Shown here: positions 54,555 through 64,000 of the stretch, one piece after another
Layout of the letters: each line of letters begins with the position of its first letter
Numbering within the stretch: position 1 is the first letter of the stretch
From: Octopus vulgaris
Lineage: Eukaryota
Assembly: GCA_951406725.2 (NCBI GenBank)
Contig: OX597817.1
Coordinates: 75,454,001-75,518,000 of the forward strand
Length of the DNA stretch: 64,000 bases
Direction: 5' to 3'
Notes under the pieces: model-generated
What the model was told of the DNA's origin: nothing
Seen by the model: the letters and a program-made list of their open reading frames with translations, nothing else
Database searches by the model: none
Position numbers and translations under genes: made by a program

Positions 54555-55543
54555 CTATACATACATACATACATACACACACACATACATACATACATAC
54601 ATACATACATACATACATACATACATACATACATACATACATACATACATGTTCACAGATAGACTCACATAAGGGCACGTGTGTATGTGAAAAATAAGGA
54701 TAAACACCAGGTTAGTCTAAAGTCCTACACGCGTTTTCCCATTATGTTAGATGTTCCAAATACGTATAGAAGTTTAACCACAACAGATCCTCGAGGAACA
54801 CTTTATTGTATCAAGTTACAGATAACTGTGTATTTACCCTTATTTTTCCTACATTTGCTCTGTAGCTCATAACTGGTTACTCTAGTATTGTAGTTAATTG
54901 CCAATTGTACAGAAAGCAGATAGATTATGAAAATTTACGTGGGTTTGACCTTATTTTGACAGGATGGGAGCTTTCGGAATGGGCCATAAGGAATTTTCAT
55001 TAAATTAAAAGCTGGCGTATAAAACCAAAATAGGTCAATAACTTGTAATTTTGGTATCATACGTTTAACAAAGTTTTGTCACATTCTGGAAAATTTGCAG
55101 AGTTTAGACTTTTAATGCGATCTGAATCATTTAAACAATGTTATGGATTATTTTCTAAGTTTTTTTTTATTGACAACCATGGCAGAAATCACATAGAGAA
55201 ATAGAGAGAGGCTATTTATAATGAAATTATTTAAGTATCCATTACCTTTTTTAAATTTTCGCCGATAACAAATAAGTAGTGAGGCAACTGGTAGTATCTC
55301 AATGTAAGGTTTATACTTAAACTTAACTAGTGTGATTACCTTAACTAGTTTGTTTACTCTAATTAGTTTGTTTTTGAAAAGAGCATCTATATAATCATTG
55401 TTCACAGTTAAAAGCACGCATAGTAACCTAGGTCAACTGTCTTCTACTATAGACCCGTGTCAGTCAATACTCATCAAGAAAATTTTGTTAACGCAAATTG
55501 AAAGAGGCCTGTTATACACACACACACACACACACGCACACAT

Positions 55544-55637
<94 letters not shown>

Positions 55638-55703
55638 GTGCATGCATGAATGTTTATAATCTGCATTGTGCTACGGTTATAAACATCACCATTTGGTGCA
55701 GTG

Positions 55704-55807
55704 TCACAAAAAGTGATATTGCTGTTCGTAGCTGTGTTGACATCGGTGACGTTTACTGTCATTTCCTGTCGACAAATTATTCGCTATCCTTGTCCTTTCG
55801 TATTCGT
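55704..55807 (-). CDS. Candidate exon, possible alternative GPCR C-terminus
   Basis: Strong acceptor TTTCTTTTATTCCAG| at 55808. The phase-1 frame is open to TGA. Confidence 0.25.
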
Positions 55808-56079
55808 CTGGAATAAAAGAAACCCTCCCATGAAGACAAGCAAAAAATCTTGCCTAAAATACGTTCCCGTCTCACCTATGCTAGTGAGGAAACGTGGGGC
55901 GTTAAAGGAACAAAATATGATTTAAATTGACAAAATTTTCACACAGATATATTTCACCTTTTTTTTAAATGAACAGAACTAGGAAATAAAAATTTCGTTA
56001 ATATTCAGCGATATATTAATCTAGTCTAGATTTATACCTGTTGTACACGATGGACGTGTACTCTTCTGTTTACATAGGC

Positions 56080-57680
56080 ATCAGGCTTTATCAAATGAAG
56101 CAATGAGACCTGACTATCTTAAACCCCTTTTTGGGCTAAACATCCTAACCATGTTATTTCGAAATTAGAATATTTTAAATCTCTTAAAGATACATTTGAA
56201 TATAGATGAAAAAAAATCACTTCGTTATTTGGTGTGGAAACTACTGTACTGAATCGAACTTTTGAAGCAAGCTATGGAATATTTCTGTTGTTAGCAAAAA
56301 TGAGAAGAATCATACGATTGAGGAAGAAATTGTTAGATTTGCAATATCAGTTATTTTCAAAACAGTTCTTTAAAGGATGACGAAGACGTTCAAACAATAT
56401 CTTGGAGTAACTATGTTGTCAGCAACATAATAAGTAATATGAGGCAAGAGGCTGACAAAGCAATTTATTGAGAAGTTGAAATCACGAAAGCTTTGAATAC
56501 AAATCGATGAATCTACCGTATAAGAAAACGAAGCTCTGTTATTGGCATAAAGAATTTCAAGAAGAGATGCTGTTTAATTAATCTTTAGAAACAATCACTA
56601 GTGTTGTTAAAGTATGATGGAAAAAAATCAAATAACTAAAACTAAACATTGCATTATGCGTAGTAGATGGTGCATCCGCCATGATGGGTAAAAAACTAAT
56701 TAACTAATGACAGATGATAATCCAAACATGACTGTGCATTTTATTATTTATAGAGAAAACTTCCACATGAAGATAATTTACTCTGCGATCACGCGATATT
56801 GTGATAGTAATTAAATGCATTAACTCTATCAAAGTAAATGCCAACTACATCTGCTTAAGGAGTTTTGTGAAGATAAAAGTACAGAGCATGTGAGATTATT
56901 TCTCCTCCCTGATGTAAGTCGGATGTCACATCAAAAGATTTATGGAACTATTTGATCTCAACAAATTTTTTTAAAGTATAAACCCGAAATGAATCTCCTT
57001 TTTATAACAAACGACAGAACTTGTGTGAGCTTCTTGAGTGATGTTTTTGAGAAACTTTGATTTATAATCAAGTAACCATAAAGAAGCCAGTGTGACATTG
57101 GTTGATGCAAAAGTAAAGATATTTGTATTCTTGATATTTCTGGATTTGTGCCAATAAAACAAAATATCGGCAAGAACATTTAGTCACTTCTCTTGACTAT
57201 AAAAACTGTGTGGTTACCGATAAAGAAGGTAATCGTTGAATGCCTGGAAATGTTGGTTAATAATTAATAGTTTTATTGACAGATTTTATAATCTGAAAGC
57301 AAAAGGGTATCTCCCTTAGTTGATTTAATCATTTCTAGTGGATTTCTCTGAAGTACCAGAGCGAGTAATACCTAGAAGTGTTATCTGAGTTGAAACAAGA
57401 TAAGTCAGTGAAAACGCTTCCAAATCAAATGAATTATGTTGTGGTTGTTTGAGGAGAGCAAAATGAAACATTCAAACACTATTACTTTGGGAGGAGAAGT
57501 ATTCATACATTTTTAATTTCTAGTTTAGTCGATTTGGATTTAGTGTTGTTACTGATCCAGTGTTGTTACCAATTGTTAAGTGGATATCAGAAAACAGCGA
57601 TATAAGGTTGAAACTAACGGCATTGGTCCCTCGAATTAAACAAATCTATAGCCAGCGTTAAGAACAAGGCTCCAATCGAA
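56080..57680 (+). mobile_element. Highly decayed hAT (Buster/Charlie/ZBED-type) transposase
   Basis: Remnants EAMRP, KASY...KNHTIEE, CVVDGASAMMGK, VHFIIYRE (HCxIHRE-like) and IKCINSIK, with many stops and frameshifts. Confidence 0.7.
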
Positions 57681-57734
57681 GTAAGTAACATGCAATTTAA
57701 AAAATGCAATAAAGTTTTAATTAAAACTATTTTT

Positions 57735-57806
<72 letters not shown>

Positions 57807-57811
57807 TTATA

Positions 57812-59028
57812 TATTGGGCTGTCAGATAAATTCTTTCGTTTGTTTCCAAACTTATTTACATTAATATAAAAAAAGCATTTTTATTGTAATGTTTTATGCT
57901 TCTTGATTAAATCTTACCGCTTTTCAGTCATTAGACGATAAAATGTGTAGAAAAAATAATCTTTTTCGATACCTGCTTCTCTTTACTTTCAACCGAGGTT
58001 CCAAAGCTGCCAAAGCTGTTCAAGACAGTTGTGCTGTGTAGGGAGAAGGCGCCATTACTGAAAGAACTGTACAGAAATAGCTTTCAAGGAGGGGAAATTC
58101 GACCTCAAAGACTCTCCATATTCCGACCGACCTGTTCAATTCTATGAAGACCAACTGAACCAGCTTATCCACAAAGAACAGTGCCAATCCACTAGCAAAT
58201 TGGTCTAGCAGATGGGATAATCTCGTGATACCATCGCCCGTTACCACTCGATAGATAAGGCTAAACTATCTCGGTACATGAGTATCGTACACTCTGAACG
58301 AAAGTGATAAACTCCAGCATTCCTCTATTGCTGCCAATTTGCTCGCTCGAAACCAGGCTATTTGTGGACATAAATGAAAATCTTTTACCGTCTCGTCGCC
58401 GGCGATGAAAAATAGTGTCTTTACGTCAATATGAAGCAGAGGAAAAATGAGTGAGTTTCGACAAGCAAGCCAGAGCTGCATCGCTGCAAAGCAATAATCT
58501 TCATTTGGTGTGATTGGGAAGGAGTAATCCACTGGAAAATACTTGAAAACAACCATATGGTCAATGCAGAACTTTACGTTCAGCAAATACAGCCGTTCAA
58601 CGAAGCATTCCATCTAATACAACCAGACCGGCTATATAGCATGCTTCTTCAACAGGAAAACGCTCGTCTTCCGTGTCGTTAATTTGACCAAAAATGCTGT
58701 TCAAGAACCTCATTGGGAAGTTCTACCGCATCCGCCATATTCTAATGGTATTGCCCCTTCAGATTACCATGTTTTTTGGATACTCTTCAATAGTTTCCGA
58801 GGCGTTTCGTTCAACAATGACGTAGAGCTGAAAACGTAGTTTGATGAATTCTTTGAGTCAAAACTCGGTGATTTCTATTGTCAAGGTATTGACAGACTAG
58901 TGAAACGTCGCCACGAAGTCATGAGCAACGAAGGAGAATATATTATTGACTGATTTGTGAAAACCGTTGGTAAAAAAGGAGGATCAAAATAGAACAAAAA
59001 ACGAACGAATATATCTGACAACCCTGTA
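57812..59028 (+). mobile_element. Near full-length decayed mariner with TIRs
   Basis: TA-TTGGGCTGTCAGATAAATTCTTTCGTTT / AAACGAACGAATATATCTGACAACCCTG-TA. Motifs AGDEK, QQENAR and VLPHPPYS..IAPSDYHVF. Confidence 0.9.
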
Positions 59029-59234
59029 TATGCGATATACAACTCTGTCGTCCACTCATGGTGAGACATTCATTTTTATTTTGAAAATCGAAGTGATCCT
59101 TTCTATAGAAAAGGCGGTCTCTAGTGCAGGTACTCATAAATTGATCGGGAGGGTTATACCAGATAATATGCCTCATTTTGTTTTTAGAAGTAAGAGTTGG
59201 TGTTGGTTTTATTGAGTCTGTCTTTTTTATTTTA

Positions 59235-59602
59235 TCTTTTATCTTTTACTTGTTTCAGTCATCGAACTGTGGCCATGCTGGGGCACTGCCTTGTAGAATT
59301 TCAGTCGAAAGCATAGACCCCATTGCTCTATTAAAGCCTGGTGCTCATTCAATTGGTTTCTTTTGTCGAACATCTAATTTACGGGGATGTAAACACACTA
59401 ACACCGGTTATCAAGCGGTGGTGGGAGACTACGTAGACACACACACACACACGCGACTGACTTCTTTCAGTTTCCGTCTACTAAACCCACTCACAAGGCT
59501 TTGGTCAGCGCAAAGACACTTCCCCAATGTGCTACGGAGTAGGACTGAACTCGGAACCATGTGTTTGGGAAACAAATATCTCACCGCACAACTACGCTTG
59601 CG
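59235..59602 (-). mobile_element. SINE family A, diverged
   Basis: Reverse-complement match to the family A head and tail. Confidence 0.75.
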
Positions 59603-60061
59603 TCTTTAAAGTTTCTGAAATTTAAAACTTGTAGATGTGTTTTTTGAAGCAAGCTTCGTTGTCTGAAACTCTGGAGGGGGTGAAGCGAGATATTCTTAGT
59701 TAAGTTTATTAATAACATTATTAGGGCGGTTAGATAAGGTATGTATGTAATGTAGATTTAAGTAATTAAATATTGAGAGTTGGCAAAGGTTGAAGGTAGT
59801 CTCGTGGAAGTGCATTGTTTTGAAGTGCGTGTTAATGGGGGTGTGGTTCAATTTCCTTACTTGACTCCACCAATTGCTGACTTAAATGTCTAAATACTGA
59901 AAACTACGTCCATAACCCCGGCCTAAACATAAAAATATATAGATCTACCACTGCCACTATATCAACAACTCATCTCCAAATACCCCTTTAACCCATTCAG
60001 CCATAGCCAATTACTATCTCCATGTATTACTACCAATACCAAATATATTCTCCAGAGAAAC

Positions 60062-60128
<67 letters not shown>

Positions 60129-60133
60129 TACAG

Positions 60134-60170
<37 letters not shown>

Positions 60171-60235
60171 ATATGTATATATATATGTATATACAGTATA
60201 TCTATATACACACGCACTCATGCACACACACATGC

Positions 60236-60275
<40 letters not shown>

Positions 60276-60308
60276 GCATGCAAATTTATCTACTTATAAT
60301 CGCTCCAC

Positions 60309-60355
<47 letters not shown>

Positions 60356-60414
60356 CATATATATACATATATATGTGTGCGTGTATGTATCTATACTTGT
60401 ATACACATACGTAG

Positions 60415-60477
<63 letters not shown>

Positions 60478-60844
60478 CACATCCTTTTGTTTTTTTAATG
60501 AGTTGTAATCCAAAGGCTGTGGCCATGTTGGGGTACCGCCAGTATTTTACATACAACCATACAAACACACACACACACATATGTACATATGTTATACAGT
60601 TTTAAGAGACTCATCCAGTAGAAAAGCCAAAAGTAATAATAAGATATTTTGTACAACTACGCATATTTCAGAAAAATATATAAATATTGAAAAACACAAA
60701 AGAAAATATGTTATTTTAAACCAGTTACTATGCTAAAGAGATAAACACATGTTGTTCAAAGAATGTAATTATTACAAAATGTTAAAACGTAGTGAGATGG
60801 AATGGTAGAAGAATCTAGAGCAAATGTTTTATTGCTTTAGTTTG

Positions 60845-61969
60845 TCAAACTGACGTACTTTCCATTTCATGATGTCCTTGTATGTGATAAAGTTTTGTTG
60901 TATTGTCACGTATATGAGAAACTAAAGTGGTCGATTCTGGTCGAAACTGATACCGGACTGTCGAGCGACGAAATCTACTACAAAATAACTTGCTGAAAAC
61001 TCGCCTGAATTTTTTGCCAAAGAGACAATAGAGAACAAAATTACAGGCTGAGTTGAAAACTACCATCAAGTTACTGATCGTGGTGAACTTTATGTAAGCG
61101 GCACTGCAGTTTTGTTGATTGTTCTTAAGTACCGTCCAGAGGATGTTGTCAGCAATTGATGGAAGCTGGCAGACTAGAAATACTACAACAACGGATATTA
61201 GCATGATTGTCATGTTGTTTTCCTTCACCGCTGAAGAGCTCATTTGCATTCGAGACTTGCGCGATGTGCGAATAGCATTAATTAAACAAGTATTAAGATA
61301 GGTGAGTAATGTAAAAGGCATCAAAAACATCACAAGGAGATTTAGGTAAATGAAATAGACTTCTTTGTAGATTTTGTTCTTGCCAAGTTCTGTGGTACTA
61401 TAAGTTGGTCGTGTGTGGTTGTATTGAGAATTCCATTCAGTTTTCGTTTCGAATTCAAACATTCGAGGTATATTATACATAATTGAGCCTAAAAGAATAC
61501 ACAAGACCGCTTTCTTGGATCTGTTCATCGTGCATATATTAGCTGCCTGTAAGGGTCTACAAACGGCTACGTAACGTTCCACTGTGAATCCGACTGTTGT
61601 GTAGATTGTACCTGTTTGTGCAATGAGAGCGATGGGGTAAGCTATCGGCTGGAGGTAGCTGTACATGAACGAATATGTATCATTGAAGGCCTCGTTGGTG
61701 TTTATAGTTGGTATGGCGAAATTAATGATCATTGAAAGAAGTACGACGTTATCATATACGGCCAGTGAAATGAGGTATATGGCTGTGGAGGAGCGCATCC
61801 GAGGTTGAGTAAGTACTGCGATGGCGAAGATATTCAGTAAGATGCCAGTGATTGCAATAATATTAGAGCCGATACCCCAGGTGTAAAACTGAAATGGACC
61901 TAAGTCTTTGTTAAGGTCTAAGCAATGCTCCTCAAATGAAGTATTTTCGTTCTCTTGGGAGATATTCAT
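60845..61969 (-). CDS. Class A (rhodopsin-like) neuropeptide GPCR, FMRFamide-receptor-like, 374 aa
   Basis: Seven hydrophobic segments, MRSST..YL.SLA..D, TVERYVAVCRPL, YNIPRMFE, FLVCQLP and NSACNFVLYCLFGKKFR. N-terminal sequons NIS and NTS. Intact single coding exon. Confidence 0.93.
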   Translation of the reverse strand: MNISQENENTSFEEHCLDLNKDLGPFQFYTWGIGSNIIAITGILLNIFAIAVLTQPRMRSSTAIYLISLAVYDNVVLLSMIINFAIPTINTNEAFNDTYSFMYSYLQPIAYPIALIAQTGTIYTTVGFTVERYVAVCRPLQAANICTMNRSKKAVLCILLGSIMYNIPRMFEFETKTEWNSQYNHTRPTYSTTELGKNKIYKEVYFIYLNLLVMFLMPFTLLTYLNTCLINAIRTSRKSRMQMSSSAVKENNMTIMLISVVVVFLVCQLPSIADNILWTVLKNNQQNCSAAYIKFTTISNLMVVFNSACNFVLYCLFGKKFRRVFSKLFCSRFRRSTVRYQFRPESTTLVSHIRDNTTKLYHIQGHHEMESTSV

Positions 61970-61994
61970 GTTAAGTTTCCTGTATTTACATCAC

Positions 61995-62015
61995 CTGCAA
62001 TAGAGAGAAAAAGCC
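61995..62015 (-). promoter_or_regulatory. Splice acceptor before the GPCR coding exon (5' UTR intron)
   Basis: CTTTTTCTCTCTATTGCAG|G, 25 nt upstream of the ATG. Confidence 0.7.
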
Positions 62016-62528
62016 TTCTTAAAATTTAATGAATTCAATAGGCATGATAGTATCGTGGTAGATATAACTATGTAAGAAATTAATTGGCTATTAATTTCCT
62101 ACTGAAGCATTATGCTATAAGCTGTAAGCATGTAACCAGGTTCGAACGATGTTCATGCTTATTGTAGACAGACTAGCATAATTCATGTAACATAAAACAT
62201 TGATTTGTTAGTTTGTTTTCCAATAAACTGGAATTATGACAAGAAAATCTTTCGTCTCGTTAACAATGCAAGTGATTATTCTGGTGATCATATACAAGTT
62301 TTCAATTTATTCCTGTTAAACCAGGCATTAAATCCGTGTCTATATCAAAATAGCTATAGGATATTCAAATAGAAATTACATTTCTGTACGAACAAAGAGG
62401 ACGGAGAGCTATGCTAATTAAATGTTAAACAATGCTAAGGTGATATTAAGTTGTCAATAATGATTCTGGAAAGTAACCCTTTTAAAGCGTATTGATCATG
62501 TTCAAGTGGTGAAGTAAAAATGGTTTGA

Positions 62529-62574
<46 letters not shown>

Positions 62575-62578
<4 letters not shown>

Positions 62579-62786
62579 TAATAATTATAATGGTGTCAAA
62601 TTTTGGCGCAAGGCCAGCAATTTCGGGGGCGGGGATAAGTCGATTACATCGATCCCAGTGTTCAACTGGTACTTATGTTATCCATCTTGAAAGGATGAAA
62701 GGTAAAGTGGACCTCGGTGGAATTTGAACTCAGAACGTATGGACGGACGAAATGTCGCTAAGCATTTTGTCCGGTGTGCTAACGAT
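62575..62786 (-). mobile_element. SINE family B
   Basis: Reverse complement of the family B body. Confidence 0.8.
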
Positions 62787-62839
62787 TGTACAAGTTCGTA
62801 TCCTTACAACAACAACAACAACAACAATAATAATAATAG

Positions 62840-63800
62840 GCTTGACAAAGAAGAAGTGAGCCTCAGTAAAAGCCAACATAGTAAAAGCTGAAAGAGAAGG
62901 ACTGATTCTCGCTGCACAAGACCAATGCCTGACTACGAACAACTATAAAAGCTAAATAATGAAAACAAGCCCTAATACCAATTGCAGAATGTGCAACAAA
63001 CGCAATGACACAGCTGACCACATCATCTCTGGCTGTCCAGTTCATGCCAAATCTGAATATATATATAGACAGGACCGGGTAAATATTTATATCCACTGGA
63101 CAATATGCCAACACTAAAACATAAAGACTGACAATAAATGGTATAAACATGTTTCAAACAACATACAAGACAACGACTAGGCAATAATTGCCTGGGATAT
63201 ACCTTTTCAAACTGACAAAGAAATAAAAGCTAATCGCTCAGACATAATAATCAAGGATTGAAAAAAATTCTACTTACTTGTAGTCCTTTCTGACCAAAAT
63301 TTTGTCCAAAAGGAAGTGGAGAAATTGTCAAAGGACAAAGACCTCGAAATTACAGTATTTAAGATATGGGGCATGAAGGTGAAAACAATACTAGTAATAA
63401 TTGGAGAAATTGTGCATGATAAAATACATATGAACAAAAGAGTAGAAGCTATACCTGGATCCTACACTCTATTGAAAAATAGCCTTGCTAGGAACAGCCC
63501 ACGTCTTACGCAATTCAATAATACAACTTGAACAAAACAATCAACAAAAACAAGACACTCTATACAGCAAATATCCAATGAAATAAACTACCACCAGCAG
63601 ACTATATATCCAACGCATTACACAAGAGAAACACGAATACAACAAAATACTGCACCATACCTCATAAAGGAAGAAACTGACGCAATATAATACCGGGAAG
63701 AGTTTGCACACTCCCAACAACAAAAAAGAATGCAAAGCTTCACACACCCCAGCAACATGGTGATGCAGTAGAAATTTGCCTGAAACTACCAAATGTTGAA
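62840..63800 (+). mobile_element. R4/Dong-like LINE fragments ending at (AAT)n
   Basis: EGLILAAQDQCL, CRMC...DHIISGC zinc knuckle, WDIPFQTDKEIKANRSD and EKLSKDKDLEI. Confidence 0.8.
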
Positions 63801-63805
63801 CAATG

Positions 63806-63872
<67 letters not shown>

Positions 63873-63901
63873 TAGTAGTAGTAGTAGTAGTAATGTTAAT
63901 G

Positions 63902-64000
<99 letters not shown>

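Overview
AT-rich, microsatellite-dense animal genomic DNA. The SINE families and repeat make-up resemble Octopus/coleoid cephalopod DNA (inference, not database-checked). The only clear host gene is a single-coding-exon class A neuropeptide GPCR (FMRFamide-receptor-like) at 60845-61969 on the minus strand. Most of the rest is transposon debris: RTE, CR1, Tx1/L1-like and R4/Dong-like LINEs, a Penelope-like element, Tc1/mariner, hAT, non-autonomous Helitrons and three SINE families. There is also a 42-copy 29-bp minisatellite. The main hidden signal is about 20 type I hammerhead-ribozyme motifs read by eye, a few with intact cores and many decayed, from several unrelated sequence families and mostly with palindromic stem III. 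Some lie one per ~330-355 bp tandem/inverted monomer (retrozyme-like), one family has a tRNA-like Pol III head, one motif has a compensatory G3-C8 core swap, and one family shares an A6U core change. Three candidate unannotated exons are flagged. Repeat boundaries are approximate. Most ORF-track entries are microsatellite artefacts.
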